DNA of 64,000 bases, taken from NCBI RefSeq assembly GCF_006345805.1, contig NC_043008.1, forward strand, positions 43,462,001-43,526,000, read 5' to 3'. The DNA comes from Octopus sinensis. Lineage: Eukaryota. The translations under genes and the position numbers were made by a program. The notes under the pieces were generated by a model. The model was not told the origin of the DNA. It did no database searches and was given only the letters and a program-made list of their open reading frames with translations. Positions 27,277 to 39,484 of the stretch are shown one piece after another (the first letter of the stretch is position 1; each line of letters begins with the position of its first letter).

Positions 27277-27698
27277 ACAGTATCTAGACACGGTATCTGA
27301 TACCGTATCTAGTTACTGTATCTAGTTCCGGTATCTGGTTATGGTATTTAGGTTTGGTATCTAGTTACCGTATCTAGTTACGGTTTCCAGTTATGCTACC
27401 TGGTTACAGTACCTAGTTACTGTATCTAGTTATGGTATCTGATTACGGTATGTAGTTACGATATCTAGTTACATTTTCTGCTCACGGTATCTAGTTACAG
27501 AATCTAGTTATGATATCTGGCTATGGATTCTAGTTACGATACCTGGTTACGGAATCTACTTACCGCACCTAGTTTTGGTATCTAGTTATGGTACCTAGTT
27601 ACGGAATATAGTTACCGCGCCTAGTTTTGGTATCTTGTTACGGATTCTAGTTACGGTATCTAGTTACAGCATCAACTTACGGAATCTTGTTATGGTTC
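27277..27698. repeat. 13-bp minisatellite, consensus GGTATCTAGTTAC, about 32 degenerate units
   Basis: Direct reading. Confidence 0.9.
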
Positions 27699-28559
27699 CC
27701 CACAGTCAACGTTGACTTTCCGCTGTCCAGGATCGATAAAATTAAGCATAAAGTACCAGTCGATTACTGAGATCGAAGTGATTAACCACAACCATTGTCC
27801 CACCACTCAACGAAAACATGGTGGCCGTGTATTTATGCACGGAATGCTAATGATTACAGCGGCATATAGAAAAATCGGAAGAGCGTCGAACAAAATTTGA
27901 GAAGAGAGGGGTTAGCTCGTTAAATTGACCCAAGCTCTAGAAAACTGTTTTATATTATCGATACCTGAAGAATGACAGGTAAAGTTGATTCTCAGTTGAA
28001 TTAGAACTCAATCTGTAAAGTGAAGCGGCTAAATACTTAGTCCGATGCTCTAAGAATTCTTCGATTTCTGTCAATAATTATGAGAATTTGAATCAAGGAT
28101 AGCAGATCGCTAGACCAGTTTGCTTTACACTATATAGAATCATTTACGTCCCAGGTTCAAATCTAACAGGAACCGAGAAACAAGTTATTGGGGATCAAAT
28201 GTCAAATTTTTTCTTTCAATTTTTCGAGATCGATCAAATAAATAAACATCAATCGTGTAGAAAAATCGATTCAAATTAACAATGACTTTTCGATCTAATA
28301 AATATAAGCTTTGTACTAATATTTTTTTAAAAATCAATAATTTATTGATAAAATCTTTAATTCAATTCCAAATTCGAAAACACCACCACTACCACCCACA
28401 ACATTTACACACCATCCACCCTTTCCTGCACCTTTCTTGGTGAGGGTACCGGAGTGGGAAGAGTATCCGTTTCATTTTGTTTTTGTCCTACAAAAGCACC
28501 TCCCATCTATTTTGTCACAATAGCGTAATATATTCTACTGTAATAATGTTAAACTATAT

Positions 28560-28697
28560 ACACACTGACTCTCTCTCTCTCCCTCTCTCTTTCTCTCCCT
28601 CTATAATTCTTTCTTTCTCTCTCACTTTCTCTCTCTCTCTCTCTTTCCCTTTCGTTTTCTATGTATATATTGATATATAAATTGTGTGTGTGTGTTC

Positions 28698-28750
<53 letters not shown>

Positions 28751-28787
28751 CTAGACAGACTGACAGACAAATAGATAGATAGATAGT

Positions 28788-28837
<50 letters not shown>

Positions 28838-29312
28838 GATACACATACATACATACATACATACTACATACATACATACATACATACATACATACATACA
28901 TTCAGTCTTCCCCTTCGGATATCGATCAAAAGGTTATTCTGCCGAAAGAATTGTTATATAATTCGCCGATTCTCATAAATATTGATTTAACTCTTCATAC
29001 TTCTCTCTATCTCTCTCTTTCTCTCTCTCTCTCTCTCCCTGTCTCTATCCCTCCTCTCCCTCCCGTCTTATCTACCTCCCCTTCTTCACCTCATCCCTCT
29101 CTCTCTCTTTCTTTCCCTCTTCCATCCTATTTGTTTATTATTAAAAATTACTCATTTCAATTTCTGTTTAATTACCCAACCTGGATTTATTTCATTTGTT
29201 TATTTATTTATTCATTTATTTATACAATCATTTATTAATGTATAAATTTGTTTTACCCTCCAACCACACGGACGCACATACAGACTTACAGATCCATACA
29301 TACACACATACA

Positions 29313-29363
<51 letters not shown>

Positions 29364-29376
29364 GCATGTATGTATA

Positions 29377-29435
<59 letters not shown>

Positions 29436-30467
29436 ATATATGTATATATATAAACTTATATGTATATATATATATATATTTATATGTGTGTATATATATA
29501 CATACATATACATACATACACACATATATACACACATATACAGAAATATTTACATACATAGCGATGCACACACATACATATAAATATATATGTATACATA
29601 CGTAAATATGCATACACACTTGCATGCGCACATTCGCACACAACCATACACACATGCACACATTCATATATATATATATATACATACACACACACATACA
29701 TACACACACACATATATATACATATATACACACATGCACACACTCTCATATATATATATACATGCACAGACACTCATATATATAATATATATATATATAT
29801 ACACACACACACATATATACATACACATACACACACACTGATATATACATACACACACATACACACACACTCATATATACACACACACACACATCTACAT
29901 ATTCCTTGTTTCCTATCCATTTACCATTATTACTCTATTGGCATTAAATTATTATTTACAATTCCTGCATTTTCTATTTTTTTATATATATTTTATATTT
30001 CTAGTGTTATATTATTATTGTTGTTGTTCTTTTATTTCTATTTTGTTTTTCCACTTTTTCCCCCTCAATTTCTCTCACTTCACACTTTTGCTATTTCTAC
30101 ATTTTAATCATCCATACTGTTTCGAGTTACAAGAGTCAGCTTTTAAACTATTTTGTTGGTGGTGGTGGTGATGTTGGTGGTGGTGGTGATGGTGGTGGTG
30201 GCGATGGAGGTAGTGGTGGAAGTAGTATTTTCAACGTTATTGGTTTCATCTTCCAACGAACATTGAATTATCTTCCTTCTCTATAATAAACTAACGCGCA
30301 CACACACATATATATTTATATATACATATATATATGTGTGTGTGTGTATGTGTGTGTATACACATGCATACAATCATATATATTTATATATACACAAATA
30401 TATATATAATATGTAAATAGGAAATCCGTTGGCAAAACCGTTTATATATGTAATATATATACATATA

Positions 30468-30532
<65 letters not shown>

Positions 30533-30603
30533 TGCGTATTTATATACTATATATTCGTATCTATATATACATACATATATGTGTGTGTATGTTTATGTGT
30601 GTG

Positions 30604-30647
<44 letters not shown>
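28560..30647. repeat. Interspersed (CT)n,(TA)n,(GATA)n,(CA)n microsatellite field
   Basis: Direct reading. Confidence 0.85.
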
Positions 30648-30648
<1 letters not shown>

Positions 30649-33567
30649 CAGGACAAAGATCCCGTTCCTGAGAGACTTTGTTGCATGCAATCAAGCCTTA
30701 TGCATAGCACTTACAGAAACGCACCTGAAACCGGACATAGCAGATGCGGAGTTACACATACCACAGTATGCTGTACTACGGACCGACAGGAAAGAAAGGA
30801 GTCATGGAGGTGTTGCTATGTACATCCGTGAGGACCTCACACCCCAGGTCCTCTTGTCATACTCAAACTCGGTGTGTGACACACTAATTGTACATATTAG
30901 GCAACTTGATGTAGTTGTGTGTGCTACATATCGCCCTCCAGATGCCCCAAGCCATGTGGGCAAGTTTGAAGACTGCCTTATAAAAATAGAAGAAATTCTA
31001 ACCACATTAGAACAACACATAGCTGTGCTTCTTATGGGAGACTTCAATCTGCCCAATGTCAGATGGCCCGAGGGCTTTCTCTCCCAGGAATGACAAGATG
31101 TGAACGAGGACAGGCGAGGTCCCTCCTGAACCTCATCAACACCCTGTACATGGAGCAGGTAATACTCCAACCAAACAGGGCAGGTAACACACTGGATCTC
31201 TGCTTCACAAATGACATGGATCTCATCCATAATGTGAAAGTGACACCGACACTACTCTCGGATCACAACATGATAGAGCTGACCATGTACGGGCCAAAAG
31301 AGAGCACGGACATGCAGCCTACAAGAAACCCTCAAAATCTTTCCAGCTTGAACTACCATAAGGCAAACTGGAAACAAATTGAGAAAGAGATCCTCAAACA
31401 AAACTGGCCTAAATGTCTCTCCTCGCCAGACATCGACGTGAAACTTCAACAATTCATGTCTGTAATGCAAGCCATATGCTACAAATGTGTCCCAGAGAGA
31501 AAGGCCACTGTACACAAGAACAAAATCCCCAGAGAGAGGAAAATTTTAATGAGACGGCGTACGAAATTTTCAAATCGCCTAAACAAACAGATTGAAAGCA
31601 GTGAAAAGTCCCGCCTAAAAATAAAACTGTTGGAAATCGAAAAATGTCTGCAACTCTCCCATGAAAAAGAAAGAGCAGACAAAGAAGCCTGGGCTATAGA
31701 AAACATAAAATCTAACCCCAGAGCTTTCTACAGGTATGCCAAAGAAACAGCTACAGTGCACTGTAGAATAGGGCCACTCCTCGAAAAGGATGGCACACTT
31801 ACAGGAAAACCAATGAGGGTAAGTGAAATACTGAATGAGCAATTCAAGAGTGTTTTCACTCCACCCCTTGGGCATCTCCAAATCACCAATCCAACTGACT
31901 TTTTTACCACTGCAGATATAAAATCAGAGGCGGCGACGATAGATTACATCGATATAAAGGAAGACGATGTAACCAAGGCTATAGATGAAATGAAAACAGA
32001 CTCAGCTACTGGCCCCGATGGATTCCCGGCAATCCTCCTAAAAGCATGTAAGAGAGTCCTAGCAAGACCACTGCAGTTCCTCTTTCAGAGCTTCCTTGCA
32101 GCTGGCAAACTTCCAGGAAAACTGAAGGAAGGTAAAATATGCCCCATTCATAAAGGAGGTAGCAGAGCGGAAGCCAAGAACTATAGACCTATCTCTCTGA
32201 CCTCACACATCAGCAAGGTCATGGAACGAATAGTCAGAAGGAAGCTGATCACCTTCCTTGAAGAGAATGACTTGCTGCCCGACACCCAACATGGTTTCCG
32301 ACCAGGGAGAAGCTGTTTAACTCAGCTCCTACAACACTATGACTGGGTGCTGAAACGGCTGCTCAACCACTCAAATGTGGAAGTGATATATCTCGACTTT
32401 GCAAAGGCCTTTGATAAAGTCGATCATGGAATGATATGTCACAAACTGCGTGATCTCAACATAGTTGGAAAACTGGGAGAATGGCTTCATGACTTTCTGA
32501 AGGATAGAAGTTAGGTGGTAGTAGCCAATGGGGCCACCTCCATTAACACACAAATAGTGAGCGGTGTTCCGCAGGGCACTGTTCTGGGACCACTACTGTT
32601 CATAATGGCCCTCTCAGACATGCCCTCAGCCATGCAGAGAGCCACGATCACAAGTTATGCAGATGATACAAAAGTTTCACAGGCAATACAGAACCCTGAG
32701 GACACTAAACACCTGCAATGTGAGCTGGACGAAATATACAAGTGGGCTGAAAAGAATAGCATGCAGTTCAATGCTGGAAAGTTTCAAGCTTTATACTATC
32801 AGCATGCAAAACTGAATGCAATACCCAATGAATACACTGGACCCGGAGGGATTGCAATCCCAGAGGCACAATCAGTGCGTGACCTGGGTATTCACATGAG
32901 TGATGACGCGACCTTTCATGTACATGTTGCTAAACTGACAATGAAATGTAGACGGCTGGCTGGATGGATTCTTAGAACCTTTAAAACAAGAGAACAAGAA
33001 ACCATGATGGTCCTCTGGAAGACACTTGTCCTAAGCCACTTTGACTATTGCTCTCAGCTATGGTCACCATCCAGTGTCAAGTTGATCACAGAACTTGAGG
33101 CGATCCAACGAAGCTACACAAAGAAGATAGCCTCTATGCAGAATGTAAGCTACTGGGAAAGACTCAAGAGATTAAAATTATATTCCCTGGAGCGTAGGCG
33201 GGAAAGATATGCCATAATATACATCTGGAAGATCCTGGAGGGAAGTGTCCTGAACTTTGGCATCGAGAGTTACGCAAATGCCAGAACTGGGCGCCACTGC
33301 GTGGTGCCTAGGACTCCAAACCTGCCATCAAGATGTAGGACAAGATTCTGTGATAGCCTGGGCTTCCGAGGCCCACAGCTCTTCAATATCCTCCCGAAGA
33401 ACCTGAGAGACCTGCATGGGGTGGATACAGATGTCTTTAAAATGAAGCTGGATCTCTTCCTGTCAGGTGTCCCAGATGAACCAACTTCACGGCAGGATGG
33501 GCAGATGAGGGCAGCTGCATCGAACTCTCTCATGCACCAAATAGCAGTTGCTAGAAAGCCTCCATGA
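30648..33567 (+). pseudogene. LINE ORF2: AP endonuclease + reverse transcriptase, about 970 aa, with one frameshift (~31072) and one in-frame TAG (32512-32514)
   Basis: APE motifs ALTETHL, YRPP, GDFN, LDLCFTN, SDH; RT motifs NYRPISLTS, QHGFRPGRSC, YLDFAKAFDKVDH, GVPQGTVLGPLLF, YADDTK; C-terminal LYSLERRRER. Confidence 0.95.
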
Positions 33568-33660
33568 AGTGAAACCAAGTAGCAACACCAAATGGCGGTG
33601 CCCCAGCATGGCCACAGCTCATAAGCTGAAACTAGAATCAATCAATCAATCAATCAATCA
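30648..33660 (+). mobile_element. CR1-like LINE (family A), 5'-truncated at the start of ORF2, with 3' UTR and (AATC)n tail
   Basis: APE + RT coding region, 3' double hairpin at 33593-33628, (AATC)n at 33636-33660, (TA)n on both flanks. Confidence 0.95.
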
Positions 33661-33864
33661 TATATATATATACATATATATATGCTCAAATGCCGAAGGT
33701 AGAGTAAAGTATTTCTCAAACTGTTACTCAGAGTTTGCCGTAAATGTTAGTCAGATACTCGTGGGTGTCCAGAATTACGTTAAATACTCACGACTGTACG
33801 ACGAACAGACGAAGCAAAGATATCTCCCTCAAATGACACACTGCTGCCTTGTGAAAGTAAAACG

Positions 33865-34028
33865 TTAAGAAAGACGTGCTTGGGTGATAAGAAGCTTACT
33901 TCCCAACAACATAGTTCCGGGTTCAGTCCCACTGCGTCGCACCTTGGGCAAGTGTCTTCTACTACAGCCTCAGGCGGACCATAACCTTCTGAGTGGATTT
34001 AGTAGATGGAAACTGAAAGAAGCCCAGC

Positions 34029-34030
<2 letters not shown>
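33865..34030 (+). mobile_element. SINE S2 5' half
   Basis: GGTTCAGTCCCACTGCGTCGCACCTTGGGCAAGTGTC...GAAAGAAGCCC. Confidence 0.85.
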
Positions 34031-34108
<78 letters not shown>

Positions 34109-34145
34109 AATATATATATACATTCATATATATGCATATATATAC

Positions 34146-34180
<35 letters not shown>

Positions 34181-34620
34181 CATATATATATACATATATA
34201 CATATATATATATATTTGTTTTTACCTTCGAAAATGCGGAGTAGATGAAACAGAGGACAAGTGATGAAGGGGAATGTTCTTTGTGTTGCATGTTTCGTTT
34301 CACTGTTTTATTTTTTTTTTCGTTGGTCGAAAAATGTTCGTTTTCTATGCTTTTGTTTTTATTTTTTCATTTCTCCTTTTGTCTACGCTTTTTTTATGTC
34401 CTGTACCCATATATGCATGTCTATAAACATATATATGTAAGTATGTACATATATGTATGTATATATGCATATATTTATATATAATTCATATTTTACATAT
34501 ATATATAGAGAGAGAGAGAGATTAGAGTATAACATAGAAAAATTACATATACGATAAAACATATACCTATAATCAAGTAAAGTACAAAATAATAAACAGA
34601 AAATATATAATTGGTAAAAA

Positions 34621-34703
34621 AAACTACACGTGTTTTATGGCTCAATTTTCAAAATGATAACAGTAAAATCAATTCAATTTAAATATAGTCACTCTTCAGG
34701 TCC
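34621..34703 (-). ncRNA. Decayed long-loop-II hammerhead-like motif (G12A)
   Basis: GGAC-CUGAAGA-GUGAC...47 nt...GCCAU-AAAAC-ACGUGUA^GUUU; palindromic stem III ACACGUGU. Confidence 0.45.
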
Positions 34704-34806
34704 AAGATAAAAACAATAAAATAATTAAATAAATAAAGTACGTATTATATTATCTTTAAGAAAATATAAATATATATAGAAATGAGTAATTTTTCAATAA
34801 AAATCG

Positions 34807-34900
<94 letters not shown>

Positions 34901-34935
34901 ATATTATTATTATTATTATTATTATCATTATTATT

Positions 34936-35538
34936 GCATTTTCACAGCTTCTAACGCTGGAGATGTACTACGGTGTCAGCTATTCACTACCAGTGAACTA
35001 AGGTAACACCTCTTATTTTTCGAGCACCTTCAGGAGTATTCAAATGGTTTCTGCGAGTGCTCCACCCTTATTGCAGCCTCTATTTGTTCCATGTACTTCC
35101 ATGTACTTATTATTCACTGTTCTCAGGGTTCCGACAATTATTGGTACTACTACGACATTTTTCATCGACCACAACTGCTTAACTTCCCAAGCTAACCTGT
35201 CATATCTCTCGACGTTTCTTTCTTCCTTATCGCATACCTTGTTGTCAGTTGGGCATGCTATATCTATGATCCAGCATAGTTTGTTTTCTTTCTCAATTAA
35301 CACTATGTCCAGTTTTCTATTCTCTATCTCATGGTTGCACTGAATCATAAAATCCCATAGGATCTTTGCATTTGTATTTTCAACGATGCCTTCAGTTTTG
35401 TGGTCGAACCAATTTTTGCTCTGTCAAGTCCATACTTGTTGCAAAGTGTCCAATGGACAAGCCTGGGTATAATGTCGTGGCGTCTCTTATATTCCTTCTG
35501 GGCTAGTTCCGTACATTGGCTGGTAATATGCCATGCGG
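34936..35538 (-). mobile_element. R4/Dong-like non-LTR retrotransposon 3' fragment (RLE domain), copy 1, (TAA)n tail
   Basis: ELAQKEYKRRHDIIPRLVHW...ILWDFMIQCNHEIENRKLDIVLI...IIDIACP...VPIIVG: restriction-like endonuclease region. Confidence 0.9.
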
Positions 35539-35583
35539 TTATTATTATTATTAATTATTATTATTATTATTATCATTATTATT

Positions 35584-36184
35584 GCATTTTCACAGCTTCT
35601 AACGCTGGAGATGTACTACGGTGTCAGCTATTCACTACCAGTGAACTAAGGTAACAACTCTTATTTTTCGAGCACCTTCAGGAGTATTCAAATGGTTTCT
35701 GCGAGTGCTCCACCCTTATTGCAGCCTCTATTTGTTCCATGTACTTCCATGTACTTATTATTCACTGTTCTCAGGGATCCGACAATTATTGGTACTACTA
35801 CCACATTTTTCATCGACCACAACTGCTTAACTTCCCAAGCTAACCTGTCATATCTCTCGACGTTTCTTTCTTCCTTATCGCATACCTTGTTGTCAGTTGG
35901 GCATGCTATATCTATGATCCAGCATAGTTGTTTTCTTTCTCAATTAACACTATGTCCAGTTTTCTATTCTCTATCTCATGGTTGCACTGAATCATAAAAT
36001 CCCATAGGATCTTTGCATTTGTATTTTCAACGATGCCTTCAGTTTTGTGGTCGAACCAATTTTTGCTCTGTCAAGTCCATACTTGTTGCAAAGTGTCCAA
36101 TGGACAAGCCTGGGTATAATGTCGTGGCGTCTCTTATATTCCTTCTGGGCTAGTTCCGTACATTGGCTGGTAATATGCCATGCG

Positions 36185-36185
<1 letters not shown>
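35584..36185 (-). mobile_element. R4/Dong-like 3' fragment, copy 2 (tandem duplicate)
   Basis: Same 5' and 3' junctions as copy 1; about 4 differences seen by eye. Confidence 0.9.
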
Positions 36186-36254
<69 letters not shown>

Positions 36255-36610
36255 TCATTATTATTATTATTATTATTATTGTTGTTGTTGTTGTTGTTGT
36301 TATTATTATTATTGTTGTTTTTGTTGTTATTGTTATTATTATTATTATCATTATTGTTGTTATTATTATTATTATTATTATTGTTGTTGTTGTTGTTGTT
36401 GTTGTTGTTATTGTTATTATTATTATTATTGTTATTATTATTATTATTATTGTTATTATTATTATTATCATTGTGGTCGTTGTTACTATTATCTAAATCA
36501 ACATCACAATACTTATCCTTATCATCTTTATCATCAGCAGCATCACTATAATTCTCATCATCATCATCATCATTATCATCATCCCCATCACCATCATCAT
36601 TATCATCAAC
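36186..36610. repeat. (TTA)n/(TTG)n/(TCA)n compound microsatellite
   Basis: Direct reading. Confidence 0.95.
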
Positions 36611-37118
36611 ATACGTCATTATTTCATTTATAATCAACGCTAAAAACCAATGATGATTCCACAAGAATTCGATTTTCTCGAATATTCATTTTGTATTAAA
36701 ATCTTTAAATTATTTTTTTTTTCTAGATTACTTTTTAAAAAATGTTTAATCTTTAAATGAAACGATTGCGCAAAATTTGCAATTTGCAGTTTTGAATAGA
36801 ATTTGCGGTGCCTTTATTTTTCTTCCCGTTCTCTTTCTAAACAGAAATTGCTATAAATTAAAACCTATCATTTTGAAGATAATATATCTATTTGCAATGA
36901 GGAACGTAAATAATGGAAAACAATATAAAACAATGTTGTTTATAATCGTTTTTTTAAAATTATTTTTGAAAGAATATCGAAAAACATTGGAAATTCAATA
37001 CTGGAAAATTTATTTTTGATCCCCCGACAATCGTTGTAAAAATCAAATTCTCTACTATATTGGAGACCAGATCCTATTCCTCGCTAACCATATCACCATC
37101 ATTCTTGAAATAGAAAAG

Positions 37119-37153
<35 letters not shown>

Positions 37154-37232
37154 GTCGTCGTCGTCGTCGTCATCGTCATCATCATCATCATCATCATCAT
37201 CATTATTATTATTATTTTTATTATTATTATTA

Positions 37233-37267
<35 letters not shown>

Positions 37268-37292
37268 ATTATTATTATTATTATTATTATCA

Positions 37293-37350
<58 letters not shown>

Positions 37351-37351
<1 letters not shown>

Positions 37352-37762
37352 TCCTTCTTTCTTCAAATTTTCTTCCGTTTCTCGCCTGGTGTTTTCCGTA
37401 CACCTAGGGCAGAGAAGCTCATTGTATGCATTCCCAGATTACACACGCAAATTCACAGGTAAAATATGTATTTAAAAAATTAGTGAATAAATAAATCCAT
37501 GAACAGAAGTTGTTTTCACCGCGATAATGCTCTTCTCAGGACATGAGCCGTTCCAGTTAACACGATTTTTGGCACTTCCTGTAGGGATGGTAAGCCTGGT
37601 ATCATTTTCAAATAGGTTTCAGTACCATTTTTTTAGCATTCCTAGAGAACCTACAATCAGTGGTACTGTAGTCGCCTTGAGATGCCACATTTTTCTTTTC
37701 GATTTCTATTGGCATTATTATTATGTGGCATCTCAAGGCGACTACAGTACCAGTGATTGTAG
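37351..37762 (-). mobile_element. R4/Dong-like 3' fragment (second subfamily) with a 40-bp inverted duplication at its 5' end
   Basis: MWHLKATTVPLIVGSLGML...EVPKIVLTGTAHVLRRALSR*; (TAA)n tail; inverted arms at 37651-37690 and 37723-37762. Confidence 0.88.
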
Positions 37763-37829
37763 TGCTTATTATTATTATTATCATTATTATTATTATTATT
37801 ATAATCAGTATTATAATCATTATTATCGA

Positions 37830-38312
37830 GGCGGTGAGCTGGCAGAATCGTTAGCACGTCGGGCGAAATGCTTAGCGGTATTTCGTCTGCCGCTACGTTC
37901 TGAGTTCAAATTCCGCCGAGGTCGACTTTGCCTTTCATCCTTTCGGGGTCGATTAAATAAGTACCAGTTACGCACTGGGATCGATATAAACGACATAATC
38001 CGTTTGTCTGTCCTTGTTTGTCCCCTCTGTGTTTAACCCCTTTTGGGTTGTAAAGAAATAGGTATTTCGTCTGCCGCTACGTTCTGAGTTCAAATTCCGC
38101 CGAGGTCGACTTTGCCTTTCATCCTTTTGGGGTCGATAAATTAAGTACCAGTTACGCAGTGGGGTCGATATAATCGACTTAATCTGTTTGTCTGTCTTTT
38201 GTTTGTCCTCTCTGTTTTTAGCCGCTTGTGGGTAGTAAAGAAATAGGTATTTCTTCTGCTGCTACGTTCCGAGCTCAAATTCCACTGAGGTCGACTTTGC
38301 CTTTCATCCTTT
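37830..38312 (+). mobile_element. SINE S1 trimer
   Basis: Units restart at GGTATTT at 37877, 38061 and 38246 (period 184-185 bp). Confidence 0.9.
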
Positions 38313-38377
38313 CGACTTATCCCCTACTCCCAAAATGGCTGCCCTTGAGGAATACTTTGAAACCGTTATTATTATTA

Positions 38378-38442
<65 letters not shown>

Positions 38443-38443
<1 letters not shown>

Positions 38444-38657
38444 AGTGGTGAGCTGGCAGAATCATTACCGAGTTGGAAAAAAATTGTTCACAGTACTTCA
38501 TCCTCTTTACGCTCTGCCTCTTCAAATCCTGCTGAAGTCAACATTGTCTTTGATCCTTATGGAGTCGATTTGATAAAGTACCAATCAAGTATTCATGTTT
38601 TGATGTAGTCGAGTAGTCTCTTCCTTGAAAAACTGCTGGCTCTCTGCCAAAATTTAA
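38443..38657 (+). mobile_element. Diverged SINE S1
   Basis: GTGGTGAGCTGGCAGAATC head, AAAGTACCAAT, tail GCTGGCTCTCTGCCAAAATTT. Confidence 0.75.
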
Positions 38658-38711
38658 ATCATCATCATCATCATCATCATCGTTATTATTATTATCATTA
38701 TTGTTGTTATT

Positions 38712-38746
<35 letters not shown>

Positions 38747-38762
38747 CATTATTGTTGTTATT

Positions 38763-38797
<35 letters not shown>

Positions 38798-38897
38798 CAT
38801 CATTATTATTATTATTATTGTTATTATTATTATTAATATTATTATTATTACTATTATTATTATCATTATTATTATTATTATCATTATTGTTGTTATT

Positions 38898-38930
<33 letters not shown>

Positions 38931-39484
38931 GAGTGAGAGAGCAGTGCATGCCATCAAAGTGACACTGGGGTAAAATATACGAAGCCCAATATACCCATCA
39001 TGACTACCCGTCTGGTAAAGGTACACCAGGCACATGCATCACAACCATATGTGCGCGACATGGTGATCTCATATCAAGATAAACAGCACATGACCTTGCA
39101 GGTGGGGCCCAGTTAGAATTTTCTTCATGTTGAGTAGCCCATCCTGCTGAAAAGGTCCCTGAATAAGGGTTGTTTAAGGATGTTGAAAGAACCACCCATG
39201 TTTCCAGAGGTGAATTATTCAAACCCCAAAGAATCCCTCTCAACACATGGCTATGATGCTCCGCCGCTACTTCTGCTCGTGATCAGAGATGCACATATCG
39301 TCAGCCACTAAGGGACATGCTCAACTGATTAAGGTCAAACAACTGACAAGCAAATCTGTGGTATTGAGCAGAATATTTGCTGTAGCCCATCTTTTATACC
39401 AAGACAAAACAATGTACATGATAACACTTCCAATCAGTTAAGATCAGAAGCCATGAGAGCCACTGCCTGGTACTGCATCAGGGC
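38931..39484 (-). mobile_element. 554-bp non-coding element inserted in (TAA)n; probable non-autonomous or 3'-UTR-derived retroelement
   Basis: Sharp boundaries with (TTA)n on both sides, higher GC than the flanks, no recognisable ORF; orientation inferred from the (TAA)n tail convention. Confidence 0.55.

Noticed and set aside
27277-27698. CRISPR-like appearance of the palindromic repeat array
   Set aside because: No spacers, 13-bp period, eukaryotic context
32512-32514. Idea that A-to-I editing could recode the LINE TAG to Trp
   Set aside because: CAG-to-TAG decay is simpler, no local dsRNA is evident, and the upstream frameshift would remain
34225-34275. Possible permuted hammerhead (CCUUC-GAAAAUGCGGAGUA...UGAUGAAGGGG)
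   Set aside because: C3 is missing, the 15.2 pair is broken and there is no stem I
38931-39484. HDV-like ribozyme at the 5' end of the 554-bp element (GCCCUGA/UCAUGGC pairing)
   Set aside because: P3, L3 and P1.1 do not fit the HDV fold
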